A program made the translations under genes and the position numbers. From Gracilinanus agilis (taxonomy: Eukaryota): a stretch of 64,000 nucleotides of DNA. This document shows positions 1 through 13,255 of the stretch, one piece after another (position 1 is the first letter of the stretch; every line of letters begins with the position of its first letter). The notes beneath the pieces were generated by a model. That model was not told the origin of the DNA. It worked only from the letters and a program-made list of their open reading frames with translations, and did not search any database. The DNA lies in the NCBI RefSeq assembly GCF_016433145.1, contig NC_058130.1:436813811-436877810 (forward strand), read 5' to 3'.

Positions 1-374
1 TTTCACATTGGGAAATGGTGATTGTTAGACTTCAATGACTTCTGAAACATATTTTTCCCCATTTTTGCTATACAGATATCACATTATGTAAGATTTCCAT
101 GGCAGTTCCAGTGAAAAGGAGGAAAGGAATTTGAAAGACACTTTGGAAATAGGATCATCAGGAATTGGCACTTGAGTGAATTATTGCAAGGGTGTGAGTA
201 GAAGAAAAGGAAGATTACTTTAAGGTTTTGAATTAGTATGACAAGTAGTTCTGTTGAGCCACCAACAGAACTAAGAGAAAGATCAGGTCAGATATATAAA
301 CAAGGGGATCAAAAATAGATTTCTAGATATGTAAATTAGGGTCCAGAGAAAATCAATGACTGGCACACTTAATC

Positions 375-475
375 CCATGTGCACCAATATTTTCAAAGTA
401 GCACTTTTTGTTATAGCAAAAAATTGGAAATAAAATGAATACCACCAATTGAGGGAATCACTGAACAAATTGAAG
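375..475 (+). mobile_element. Decayed L1 ORF2 C-terminal fragment
   Basis: DNA resembles coding sequence for CTKIFIAALFVVAKNWK...GEWLNKL; similar to the reverse strand of 2500-2600. Confidence 0.65.
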
Positions 476-717
476 AATATTTTTTAAATGTCACAAGAAA
501 GAAAGAAAATTCAGTGACAGGGTGGGATAATGGAGAGAGAACTTATCTTGGAGTCAAGAATAGGGTTCAAGTTCTACTGGTTGTCTCCTTGTACAAATTA
601 TTTAACTTTCTGTTTAACCAAGAAATTTGAGGTTGGCCAAGGAGTTGCCCATCTGCAATTAGGGAGAAGATGTCTTCAGCTGGTGTTCTCTATGCTGTTA
701 AAATCACAACTCTAGAA

Positions 718-845
718 TATAGAAGAGAAGGGACAGATGGAGAGAGAAGAGAAGGAAAGGGAAGAGAGAAAAGGAAAGATGGAGGAAAAGAAGGAACAGG
801 AGAAGAGAGAAGAGAATCAACAGAGGGGAGAGAGGGGGAGGAGAG
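718..845. repeat. Purine-rich (A/G) low-complexity tract
   Basis: Almost only A and G (agaagagaaggg...). Confidence 0.8.
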
Positions 846-2134
846 CTTAGTTCTTTTCCTATGTTCCCTGATGATATTTTGCCTCCATGCTCAGCTTTGT
901 CACTAAGGTTGGTCATTTTAACATTTAAAATCATTTTATTTTCCTTTAGTCTCATCATTAACAAGTTACTAATCTTTGGAACTAGATTAAAATGTCAGTG
1001 TCTGCTTCCTTTGCTTTTGCTCATAGACTACTGGACCTCCTTGAAAAACAGAGAAAAAGATCATTACCTTTTTTAAATTTATGGTTCCTAATCTCTAAAA
1101 GAGGAAGTCTGGGATAGAGAGCTGGTCTTAGAACCAAGAATACAAGGGTTCCAAGCTTTCTATCATACATTTTGGCTGCAAATCACTTAGCCTTAAACTA
1201 CTCTAGGCAACTCGAGAATTTAAAAAGACTGAATTCGTTTCCTAGAAGGTTGAAATCACAAGCCCAGTCCCTATCTCTATCCTTATTCTCATCTCAGCCC
1301 TAAGCTCAGTGAGCAACTAGCTCATTAGTATAGTGTTAGAGTGAAATTTAAATACATAAAAATTTGCCTTGAAAGCAATATTCTTATAAAAACTATTAGC
1401 AGTTTAATGACTAATTTGGTGAATTGGTCCCATGAAAGCACTAGCTGAGAGGATTAGCTAAAAAATTGAATGATATTGGTAGAATCTCAAAAAATCTTAA
1501 CAGTCTATATAATAGCTAGGATCAAATATAAAATCTTTTGTCTTTTGAAGCCCTTCATAACCTAGTCCATTCCTACCTTTCCAAGCTGTGATACAGTAAC
1601 ACTGTTCACCTTGTTGATCTTGAGGGAAGACCCATCATCTCCTGATTCTGGATATTTTCACTGGTTATCCCCTATGCCTGCAACTTTCTCCTATATCATT
1701 TCCAGGAAGCATTTTCTAGTAAAAGTACTGAGGAGGGAGGAAGTATAATTTCTGTACACCAGATACATTTTTGGTGAACTGAATGTATTTTGAAGTATTT
1801 TAATATTAGCATAGTGATTAATTATTCTGTTCTTTAAGAATGAATGATTTTAAAAATATACTCTCCTGCTACATATTCCAGACAACCTTGAGTAAAAATG
1901 TTTGCTATTTTATAACTAAAATCTGAAAATAAAGGTTCTTATCTGATAATAACTTAAAAGGAATTAATTGATGATAATAATTGATCTTTTTTTCTACTTT
2001 TGATCATATTAAACAAATAAATGACTACTTTGGGTGTAGAAGTTGCCTCTGTCACAGTTGCCATATGAATTCTATTCATGTTTAATAAATTATGAATTAT
2101 GAATTGACACAAGAGGTGATGCCAGAGTGGAGTT

Positions 2135-5100
2135 CTTTTTTTTAATTGATTAATTAATTTAGAAGATTTTTCCATGATTACATGACTCATGTTCTCCTGG
2201 ATCTGCTCCTTTTGCTCTGCATCAATTTCTGGAGGTCTTTCCAGTTCACATGGAATTCCTCCAGTTCATCATTCTTTTTTTTTTTTTTTTTTTTAACCCT
2301 TGTACTTTGGTGTATTGTCTCATAAGTGGAAGAGTGGTAAGGGTAGGCAATGGGGGGCAAGTGACTTGCCCAGGGTCACACAGCTGGGAAGTGGCTGAGG
2401 CCGGGTTTGAACCTAGGACCTCCTGTCTCTAGGCCTGACTCTCACTCCACTGAGCTACCCAGCTGCCCCCATCATTCTTTTTAAAAAACAGCATTCTATC
2501 ACCATCAGATACCACAATTTGTTCGGCCATTCCCCAATCGATGGGCACCTCCTCATTTTCCAATTTTTTTTTGCCACTACAAAGAATGTGGCTATGAATA
2601 TTTTTGTACAAGTATTTTCCCTTATTATCTCTCTGAGGTACCAAACCAGCAGTTGCATTGCAAAGGGGAGGCAGTCTTTTAAATCTCTTTGGACATAGTT
2701 GCAAATTGCCTTCCAGAATGGTTGGATCAATTTGCAACTTCTCCAGCAATGCATTAGTGTCCCAATTTTGCCACAACCCCTCCAATATTTATGATTTTCC
2801 TTTACTGATATATTGGCCAATCTGCTAGATATGAGGTGGTACTTAGAGTTGTTTTGATTTGCATTTCTCTAATTACAAGAGATTTAGAACATTTTCTCAT
2901 ATGCTTATTGATACTTTTGATTTCTTTATCTGAAAACTGCTTATTCATGTCCCTTGACCATTTATCAATTGGTTAATGGCTTGATTTTTTTTGTACAATT
3001 GACAGCTCCTTATAAATTTGAGAAATTAGACTCTAACAGCGGTTTTTGTTATAATTCTTTTCCCAATTTGTTATTTCTCTTCTAATTTTGATTGCATTGA
3101 TTTTGTTTTTACAAAAACTTTTTAATTTAACATAATCAAAATTGCTTATTTTACACTTTGTAATATTCTCTATCTCTTGCTTGGTCTTAAATTCTTTCCT
3201 TTCCCATATATCTGACAGGTATATTATTCTATGTTCACCTAATTTACTTATAATTTTGCTCTTTATATTTAAGTCATTTACCCATTCTGAATTTATCCTG
3301 GTATAGAGTGTGAGATGTTGATCTAAACCAGATCTCTCCCAAACTGTTTTCCAATTTCCCCAGTAACTAGTCCCTAAAACTAAGATCTTTAAATTTATTG
3401 AACACTCTATTGAGGAGGTACCTCATATACCTCAAGTTTATTCAATTGATCCACCCTTCTGTCTCTTAGCCAGTATCACACTGTTTTGATGATCACCAGT
3501 TTATAGTACAGTTTAAGATCTGGTATTGCTAGGCCTCCATCCTTCACATTCTTTCATTAGTTCCCATAATATTCTTGATCTTTTGTTCTTCCAAATGAAC
3601 TTTGATATAATTTTTTTCTGATTCTAAAACAAGAGAGTTTCTTGGTAGTTTGATAGGTATGGCACTAAAGAAGTAAATTAATTTGGGTAGGATTATCATT
3701 TTTATTATATTAGCTCATCCTACCAACTAGCAATTAATGTTTTTCCAATTATTTAGATCTAGTTTTAATTGTGTGAGAAGTGTCTTATAGTTTTTTTTAA
3801 ATAATTCCTATGTTTGTCTTGGTAAATAGATTCCTAAATATTTTATATTGTCTAGATTTCTTTTAAATGGAATTTCTCTAACTCTTGCTGCTGGTTTGTG
3901 TTGGAGATATATAGAAATGCTAATGATTTATGTGGGTTTATTTTGTAATCTGCAACTTTGCTAAAGCTGTTGATTATTTCCACTAGCTTTTTAGTTGCTT
4001 TTCTAGGATTCTTTAAGTAGAGAATCATATCATCTGCAAACAGTGATAGTTTAGTCTCCTCATTGCCTACATTAATCTCTTCAATTTTTTTCTTCTCTAA
4101 TTGCTACCACTAGCATTTCTAGCACAATGTTAAATAATAGAGGTGATAATGGACATCCTTGCTTCACTCCTAATCTTATTGGGAAAGCTTCTAACTTATC
4201 CCCATTGCAGATGATACTTGCTGATGGATTTAAATATATACTGTTTATTTAGGAAAAGCCTATCTATTCCTATACTTTCTAGTGTTTTCAATAGGAATTG
4301 GTATTGTATTTTGTCAAAGGCTTTTTCTGCATCTATTGAGATAACCATGTCATTTCCATTGGTTTGGTTATTGATATGGTCAAGTATGGATGGTTTTCCT
4401 AATATTAAGCATCCTTGCATTCCTGTTATAAATCTCACCTGGTCACAGTGAATAATTCTCGTGATAACTTGCTATAGTCTTTTTGCTACTATTTTATTTA
4501 AGATTTTTGCATCTAGGTTCATTAAGGTTTTCTTCTCTGTTTTTGGTCTGCCTGGCTTTGGAATCAATACCATATTTGTGTCACGAAAGGAATTTGGTAA
4601 AACTCCTTCTTGCTTATTTTGTCAAATAGTTTATATAGTATTGGGATTAGTTGTTCTTTAAATGTTTGATAGAATTTACTTATGAATCCATCTGGCCCTG
4701 GAGATTTTTTCTTAGGGAGTTCCTTGATGGCTCGTTCAATTTCTGTTTCTGAAGTGGGATTATTTAAGTATTCAATTTCCTCTTTTGTTCATCTAGGCAA
4801 TTTATATTTTTGTAGATATTCATCCATTTCACCTATATTGTCTTATTTGTTGCCATAGAATTGTTACAAAATAGTTCTAAATAATTACCTTAATTTCCTC
4901 TTCATTAGAGGTGAGATCGCCCTTTTTATCTTTGGTACCATTAATTTGATTCTCTTCTTTCTTTTTTTAATTAGACTAACCAGTACTTTATCTATTTTAT
5001 TTGTGTCCTTTTTTCAAAGTACCAGGTCCTAGTTTAAATTTATTAGTTCAATAGTTCTTTTACTTTCAGTTTTATTAATTTCTCCTTTACCTTTTAGTAT

Positions 5101-5765
5101 TTCCAACATAGTTTTTATCTGAGTACTTTTAATTTGTTCTCTTTCTAGTTTTTCAAGTTGCATGCCCAATTCATTCACTTCTTCCCTCTCTGATTTGTTG
5201 ATATATGTACTTAGAGATGTAATTTTTCCCTTGAGTACTACTTTGGAGGAATCCCATAGATTTTTATATGTTGTTTTCTTATTATCATCCTCTTCATTGA
5301 AATCAGTAATTGTTTCTTTGATTTGTTCTTTGACCCATGAGTTTTGAAGAATTATATTATTTAGTTTCCTATTAATTTTAAATTTGCCTTTCCATAAGCC
5401 CTTATTGATTATGATTTTAATGCATTGTTGTCTGAAAGAATTACAATTATTATTTCTCTTTTCCTACATTTGTTTGCAATGTTTTCATGCTGTAGTACAA
5501 AGTCAATCTTTGTGTATGTGCTATGTGCTGCAGAAGAGAAAGTATATTCTTTTATATTGCTATTTATTTTTTCCAGATATCTATTAGCTCTAATTTTTCT
5601 AATATTTCATTCACTTCCCTTACATCTTTCTTATTTATTTTTTGGTTTGATTTATCTAATTTGGCTAGGGGAAGGTTGAGGTCCCCCACTAGTATGGTTT
5701 TATTATCTAATTCTTATTAAGTTCCTTTAGTTTCTCCTTAAAAACCTGAATGCTATACCATTTGG
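2135..5765 (-). mobile_element. 5'-truncated L1 (about 3.6 kb, ORF2 endonuclease to C-terminus, decayed), antisense to ADCY2
   Basis: Minus-strand ORF fragments: GMQG...HINNQTN...ISIDAEKAFDKIQ..LLKTLESIGI (RT, 4196-4438), GTLMHCW...LIQPFWK and CTKIFIATFFVVAKKNWK...CPSIGEWPNKLW (2455-2820), NDELEEFHVNWKDLQKLMQS (2194-2274). Many stops and frameshifts. Confidence 0.95.
2275..2469 (-). mobile_element. Opossum tRNA-derived SINE (SINE1_Mdo type, short-tail variant) inserted in the L1
   Basis: Reverse strand starts GGGGCAGCTGGGTAGCTCAGTGG. A20 tail at 2275-2294. TSD catcattcttttt at 2267-2279 (overlapping the tail) and 2470-2482. Confidence 0.93.
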
Positions 5766-6246
5766 CAGAGTGCATTTTTGTGAAAAGAAAGTCATCACAT
5801 GTTAGAAATAAAATTGATATAGAAGGGTATATAGTAAAATATTAAGGGTTTATTGATCCATATTGATAATTAAGAAAAACCATGTGCCTGCTAAGATCTA
5901 ATTCAAAACGTTGCCATACCTTCCCCTTGACTGCTTCCTGGCAAAAAAAGCGTGTTCCAATCACATCCCAAGTTTTATACCTCTCTCTACATAATCACAC
6001 TTCCTACCCACCTGTATTACACAAGAGGAATTATGGGAAATGTAGTTTTGAAAGAGTCCTAAATGTCCACAGGAAGTTTAGACCAGGGACCTCAAAATCA
6101 GTTCAAAGAACCTTAAATTTCCAATAACACACACATAATGTAAGAAAATAAATTAATATGACTGTGAGACTCAAAAGGCTTAGAAACCTAGATTTTCTTT
6201 CTCACTTTCCTATCGACTTATTCAGAATGGAAATTGCTCTTGTCAA

Positions 6247-6266
6247 AAATAAATAAATAAATAAAC

Positions 6267-6315
<49 letters not shown>
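6247..6315. repeat. Compound microsatellite (AAAT)n followed by about 12 (TAGA) units
   Basis: Direct reading. Confidence 0.97.
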
Positions 6316-6316
<1 letters not shown>

Positions 6317-6734
6317 TGAAAGTTTTCCAAAGTCCATTTATTTGAAAGAAATAGATGGACAGGTTTGAAATCCTATAGGAAAATAGCCATAAACATAAGG
6401 CCAAATAAATTAAAAGCCTGATATTTATCCACTCTCAGGCTCTAAAGATTCTATTTTTTTCATTTTTAAATTATTTTTCAATGTTTACTTTGTCATTTAT
6501 AGACAGTTTTATCATGAAATATTATTTTTTCAAGTGAACAATCTGTTATCATGCCTGATTACCAACGAATGATGAGACTCAAAGCTAGAGATAAATGAAT
6601 GTGTTATACCCAGAGCAGGATAACAGAAGTAATATTTTTATGTTCTTTCTTAAGAACTTTAGATAAATCATTTCATAATCATTTAAGATTATTGGTAGGA
6701 AAACTGTCATTTACTTAATCTATGCCTCTGTGGA

Positions 6735-6960
6735 GCCATGAAGATATGACTTCAGGAAAAGCTGAATTACAGTGCCATGATCTGGAACAATCCTGAGAAA
6801 CTTATGATGGGGAATGCTATCCACCTCCAGAGAAAGAACTTTTGGAGTCATCTTTCATATCTGTGTATTTATGGTTTTATTTTGGGGTCTTGGCTATGAA
6901 TGAGTTTGCTCTTACAATGACCAATAAGGAAATATGTTTTATGTGACAATAAAAATAGAA
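6735..6960 (+). mobile_element. Old marsupial L1 3'-end fragment
   Basis: gaatgctatccacctccagagaaagaact...ggagtc motif recalled from marsupial L1 3' ends; ends in an A-rich tract. Confidence 0.6.
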
Positions 6961-7239
6961 TTTAAAAAATGGAAAAGCTCAATTAGTAAATGAGAGCAGG
7001 GTCAAGTAGGGGAGCATGATGAGTTCGTCAGAGGAACTGAGCAGGACCTACAAGACCCCAGGCTGCATTATCTTGCTCCCTATCTTTTGTGCACAGTAAT
7101 AATAGCAACTTCACAAAAGAATTAATACATTTGTAAATTTTATACCTATTTTGTAACACCTACCTATTCTGTAAAGAGTATAAAGATTTTGAATTAGATA
7201 GGCAGTTAGGATCTGGTACCTGTCCATATGGCATTTATA

Positions 7240-8560
7240 GATCAACCAGCAAGTTATTGCATGATGTTATACTGTGCCAGGAGGTTGACAGTGTCAGAGA
7301 AAAGATGGTGTCATAGACAAGAGATGTTACTATGGTAAAATCTATAGGACTTGGCAACAGATTAAATAATGGAAGTCAGAGAGTTGAGGAGTTAAAAATG
7401 ACACCTAGGTTGTGAGCCTGCATGTTGGGAGGATACTGGTACCCTCAAAGTAATAAGGAAGTTTGGAATAAGGTAGAGTTTGGGGAAAAGATAATGAGTC
7501 TACTAATGAAAAAAGTTATCTAAAGGCATCCCATTTGAGAAGTATAATAGGAAGATCAAAATGTGAGTCTGGGGATTAGTAGAGAGTTTAAGGCTGTAAA
7601 AATAGAATCATCAGCACAGAGCTAAGATTTAAACAATGGGAAATGTTGAGATCACCAAATGAAATAGTATAGAAAAGAGATCCCATCTCTTTATGAATAG
7701 TTAGATACAGTACATGAGAGAAAAAAGCATTAAATTTAACATGGGATACATGGTGACAGTTGGTACCACAAACAGAAATACTGAGAGCAGAAGCAAAGAG
7801 AAGAAATTCTTAGAGAGAAACTTCTTTGAGGGAAAAAATATTTTGATTTCGATAAGTTGAGTGAGAATGCTAACAGAACATCTTAGCTGGAGATGTCCTT
7901 TAACCAGAGGGAGATATAAAGCTATACCTTATGACAGATCAGGATTGCAGATATTAGTTTAGGGATCATCTGTCTGGATGTGGAATTGATATCTTGAGAG
8001 TTAATAAGATTGTCCAAGTAGAGAGTATAAAATGATACATGAGCCAAGATCAAATCCTTAAGGAACTTCTATAATAAGGAGTCAGAAAGTAAATGAGAAG
8101 TCAGCAAAGAAAACAGAAGGAACATTGAGATGGATCAAATCAAGAGAAGGTGATCTCTTTGAACTGGAGAAAAGAAAGAATAATGAGTAAGAGGGAGTAC
8201 ATTAGTGTTCAAGAGGATAAGCTCTGAAATGAGCCCATTGGATTTACTGACTGGAAAATCATTGACCAATGAGAGTTGTTTGGGTTTTTTGTTTGTTTTT
8301 TTGGTAAAGTGGTGGGCAAAAAACTCAGTCTTTGAGGATTTTAGATAATTTGTGAAAAGTGGAGATCATTTTATATTTACAACTTTTTCAATAAACTTTT
8401 CAGAAGGGAGGAGGAGAAATATAGACTAGTAACTACATGATCTAAAATAACTAAAGGAAAAGGTTGTTGTTAAGGGCTGGAGAGATATGAGCGGGTAAGT
8501 ATATGAAAAGGAGTCATTATAAAGTGAGACTGAAGATTAATGAATGTGAAGGCATCACTC
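7240..8560 (-). mobile_element. L2 LINE remnant
   Basis: Purine-rich text typical of reverse-strand L2 (gatgacacctaggttgtgagcctg..., gagatcaccaaatga). Boundaries approximate. Confidence 0.65.
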
Positions 8561-9858
8561 CTAGAATCAGATGCTGAAGAAGGCTGAAGGGAAAGGGATC
8601 AATGGAACACACAGATGGATAAGAATAACTAAAGTATGTGGGTGCTTCTTCTTTGACCTTTTACTATCTGGAATTCTGAAGGAATCAGTATTAAGGCTTA
8701 ACTATTCTCCACAAACAATCAAAGGTATAATTACATATTTTAAAACATTTAAAGATAACATTAAATGAAAAAGTCTAAATAACAATATTTCCCCAAAAAT
8801 AATAACATTCTAAAAATATTAGCAAAAACCTTCAGTAAAATTAATATAAAAATGAAAAGAAAAACATTAAATAAATAAAAAATGTAGTGAAAGAAAATCA
8901 GAAACACAGGTATCCAGTAAGCAATGTGTACCTGGAAAGCAACAAGAGTGGACTAGATTTAGATTTAGCCATCATATACAATAAAGTATCCCCCAGCCCA
9001 CACTCAGCATAAAAGTAAGTCTTTGCATCGGAGGTAGGGTAAGAGCGTTTGAACTCTTATAGGACAGGTAGCAACAAATAACTGCCACTCTGCATGAATA
9101 CAATGTAACATCTGGAATAGGAAAATACAGATGAGAGGGATTTGGGCAAAAGAACTCAGAATAAGGAAATAAAGTAGACTTGTCTTCCGTGGGCATTATA
9201 CAAATATTCCAAAAACAGTGAAACCTAAGGAGAAGGGGAATTAGTCAATACAGGAGAATGAGAACTTAGCTTACAATGATTACTTAGCTTAGAATGATTG
9301 GATGCAATTCAGAATAATATTTAGACTGAATATAAAAAAAATTCTATGGCATTTGGAGCTCCTAAGATAGAAAAAGTTATCTCCACGCAATAGTGGTTAC
9401 TCTATCTAGCATGTAGCATAACAAAACATGTTTCTGATGATACATAGAGATGGAATTGGGGCTTACTTCCAATAAATAGGGAGTGGTATGGGCTTTTAGA
9501 CCTTTGCACTGTATGTGGGTTCTTATTGGTCCTGAATGGTCAGATTATCTTCTTAAATCAAGAACAGTAGACTGTTCACAATGTCCCTGTCTTTGAAGAG
9601 GGCTTTGGTGGAGATTTCCATCTGGAATTCCTCAGAGAAATCTAAGCATAGGGCTTTGAGATGACAGTTCTTTTAATATTCTCTTCTGACAGTAAATTTA
9701 GCTTGGCTATTGACAAAATTATCTAGTTTTATTTTATGTTGTTCATTTCTCTCTCTAGCAATGCCACAGTAGGCATTTAATAAATGCTTGTATTTTAGAA
9801 ATTTCTATTCCCCTTATATTCTATTCTTCTCTTTCTCAAACCCTTCATACAACTACGT

Positions 9859-10126
9859 CAGTGATGGCAAACCTATGGCATATTGCCAAAAAGGGCACAC
9901 AGAGCCCTGTCTATGGGTACACCTGCAGTTACCCACCAGAGTTCATTACTAGAAAACCAGAGGGATTCTGGGCAGAGTTCTTGCCCTGCCTGGGGTAAGG
10001 AGGGGCCAGGGATGTGGGAGGGGCAGGGCATGGCACTTGCTCTCTGGTGGGGAATGTGGTGAGCATGGCACTCCTTCTGGGAGGTCAGGGCCTAGCACTC
10101 CATTTCTAAAAGGTTCACCCTCACTG
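9859..10126. mobile_element. hAT non-autonomous element (MITE), 268 bp, CAGTGATGGC-type TIR
   Basis: cagtgatggcaaacct ... aggttcaccctcactg (13/16 inverted match). Flanks aactacgt and ctctactt are a degenerate 8-bp TSD (5/8). Confidence 0.8.
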
Positions 10127-11213
10127 CTCTACTTAGTTGTTTTTTTTTTCTTTTTTTTTTCACCCATTCACTATTAGCCAGCTTCAAATGTTATTATAAC
10201 TCTATTAGGTTGAACTGAAATGCTAAATAAGAATAAAACAACCTTTAAGAAAGGATTATAATTATACTTAACTTCTTAGCATAATAGGGTCAACAAAACA
10301 AAAAACTTGATTGGACTCTCCAAAGTAATTTGTGTGTATGTGAGTATGCATGCATGATTGCCTGTGTGTGTGTGTAATCCATTTCTCTATAAATTGATTC
10401 CATATTCCCTTATACAAATGAAGGGCTACATTGTGAACAGTTTTCAAAAGGAAATCTTATTTGATTGTTGATTCTACACAATCTAAAGGATTTGGGTGGG
10501 AAATGCAACAACCCATTTAATATTCTGGAGAATGAAATCTAGGTTGCTTAGGCAATCCTATTTTTTCCTCCTTAAAAATGCTCACTACTTTATATAGGTT
10601 AGCTAAAATAAAATAAGTGTGAGAAAACCACATTATGTGTGCAGTTTTCATTTTTCCTTCTTGATGGAATCACCATCAGTATTCACTTAGAATGTTTTTG
10701 ATTAATTATTTAGTAGTCAAACAATTAACATGGAGGATAATGAGGAGAATAATTTCGGAGCCTCTATAAATGTGATGAAATTAACAATGTAACTATGTTA
10801 CTAACTTTTTAATGACAAAATTTGAAGATACATTTTGATCTCTTCTTAAAATACATATTTGGTAACATTTGGATCATATAGTTGATTTTTATTCACCTAA
10901 TCCCTAAATGAATATATGGCATTTAAAAAGTAGTTTTAATAATTTATCTTTTTATTGGCTTTTCAGGACAGGCACATGGCTTCCTTGTGTTTATACAGAT
11001 GTGGGAGACTTTGACTCATCATCTTTCTACCCACAAATCCCACAAATCTCCTAAATCCTCAAACTCCATAGAATTTTCTCTCCTCTGCCACTTTGGAGAG
11101 CATTTTGTTTGCCTGGTTGAAACAAAAGAATCAGGCCCAAAAGGTTATTACCACTGAAACTTTTTTTTTTTTGGCTAGGATTGAACTGGGCAATATTTCT
11201 TTAAGAAAAGAAA

Positions 11214-11224
11214 GATAGATAGAT

Positions 11225-11301
<77 letters not shown>
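11214..11301. repeat. (GATA)n microsatellite, about 22 units
   Basis: Direct reading. Confidence 0.98.
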
Positions 11302-11302
<1 letters not shown>

Positions 11303-11775
11303 AGATTTGCATAAAGTAGCACTCTAATTAGCCTGTTTGGGAAATGGATTTCTTTCAGAGGTTTCTTTCAGGGACTCATGGAGAGAAACATGCTGAAAAA
11401 TACTTGCCCATAACTATAAAAGAAAAATAATAAATACATCTGCCGACAAACAGATGGCATGATGTGAATAATCTTACCAACAATTCAGAATCTTTTATGT
11501 GTGAGAGGGTAACTGAGGACTAAGATGAACTTCTCATTATGTAAGATGCCAGTCTAGGTTCATTTATGGAATGAAGTGTTAAAGATTTGGGTAATTTAAA
11601 ATTTCATATATTTTAAATGGCAGAGATAGCACACAAATGACTATGCACAAATTGACTTGGATAGTCCAATCAAGTTTTGTTTGGAATCAAGAGTATCGGG
11701 GATCAAACCTTCTCTACATCAATCAGTCAGTTAATAAGGCATTTATTAAGAGCCTACTTTGTGCCAGTGTACCTA

Positions 11776-11997
11776 CTAGGTGATATAGTGAACAGGGTGC
11801 TAGGTTTGGAGTCAGGAAGACTAAGATTTCCTGAGTTCAAATCTTACCTCAGATACTTCCTAGCTGTGTAACCCTGGACAAACTACTACATCTTTTTTTC
11901 CTAATTTCTTGATCTATAAAATAAATGAGCTGGAGAAGGAAATTTCAAGCCACTCTAGTGTCATCTTTGCCATGAAAATCAGATCGTGGGTCTAGAA
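11776..11997 (+). mobile_element. MAR1-type core SINE whose RTE-derived tail is interrupted by a MITE; tail resumes around 12213-12240
   Basis: MIR-like core followed by gagctggagaaggaaatttcaagccactctagt...tttgccatgaaaa, the RTE-type tail. Confidence 0.75.
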
Positions 11998-12204
11998 CAG
12001 GGGTCGGCAAGGTATGGCTCTCAAGCCATATCTGCCTCTTTCGAGGGCCAAATATGGCTCTTTCTGCAGGAGCCATAAAGTCAATTTTTTTTCAGGTGCT
12101 GTTACAGGAGCACGCACTGTGAGCACTGTACGGCTCTCACAAAATTACATTTTAAAAAATGTGGCATTTATGGCTTTCGTGGCCAAAAAGGTTACCGACC
12201 ACTG
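11998..12204. mobile_element. hAT-Charlie MITE, 207 bp
   Basis: TIRs caggggtcggcaa and ttaccgaccactg. Perfect 8-bp TSD gtctagaa at 11990-11997 and 12205-12212, fitting the NTCTAGAN Charlie target. Confidence 0.95.
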
Positions 12205-12617
12205 GTCTAGAAGAATCCAACACAAATGGAAGGATTAAACTGTGAGTTTGCTAATCAATGTGCTAAACAATGAGGAGTCAAAGACAAAAGCAAAGTATTG
12301 ATATTGCTATAGAAGTATGCTGGTGACAAGGATTTTTCCCAAAATAAATATATAAAATGATAAATCCACCCCTGAATTGTAGCATTTGCCCTCTTCTGAA
12401 GTATAAATGCTCAAAGAAATTTAGTAATCAATTCTCTGGCTTTTACCCATGTATAATTGCTGGGTCAGAGGGAGTGTACAATTTAGTAACTTTTATGGCA
12501 TGTTTTTATTCTAAATTACCTTCCAGAAATGCTAAGTAAATTCATAGATCCACCAACAGTCTCTAGTCTCAAAATGCTTTTATTTTAAATGAGGAGACAT
12601 GTAGAGATATAGGCATA

Positions 12618-12662
12618 AACACACACACACATACACAAACACACACACACACACACATACAC
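12618..12662. repeat. Interrupted (CA)n microsatellite
   Basis: Direct reading. Confidence 0.9.
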
Positions 12663-13009
12663 AGAAAGAGGACAGATACCATTAACTTTGAGGGAAAGGT
12701 ACTAGTAGCTGGAGGAATCAGATGGATGTCATACAGGATATGGCACCTGAGCTGAGAGCCTTGAAGGAATCTAAGGATTCCAAGAGGCAATTATGAAGAA
12801 GAATATTTTATACATGTAAGAAATCTAACAGAAAAGTACAGAGATGGGAGGTGGAGTATCATGTGAGAGAACCAACAAGTAGGATATTATGACTGAATGA
12901 CTGGGGTCATGTCAGGGAGGAGGGTTCAAAAAGTCCAAAAATGTAGGGTGGAGACAGATTGAGAAGATAGAAAAGGAAGATGGGGAGGAGGGAAGGATGG
13001 AGTGAAGGA

Positions 13010-13255
13010 TTTATTAAGTACCCGTTATGTTCCCAGGCACTATGCTAAACCCTTTACAAATATTACTTAATTTAGTATTTCTGACCCTGGGAGAGAGATA
13101 TTATTATTATTATTCCTACTTCACAGTTGAAGGAAACTGAGGCAGATGTAGTTTTAAAGACTTGCCTAGGGTCACAAAGCAAGTAAGTATCTGAAGTTGG
13201 ACTTGAACTTTGGTCTTCTTGACTCCAGCCCAGCACTACCTTTGAATGCCCAACC
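13010..13255 (-). mobile_element. MIR SINE
   Basis: gaaggaaactgaggcag...gacttgcctagggtcacaaagc...ttgactccagcccagcact, the reverse MIR core. Confidence 0.8.

Noticed and set aside
670-964. Charged and Leu/Phe-rich ORFs on both strands
   Set aside because: Translation of a purine-rich low-complexity tract.
11131-11322. ORF with LSIY repeats
   Set aside because: Reverse translation of the (GATA)n microsatellite.
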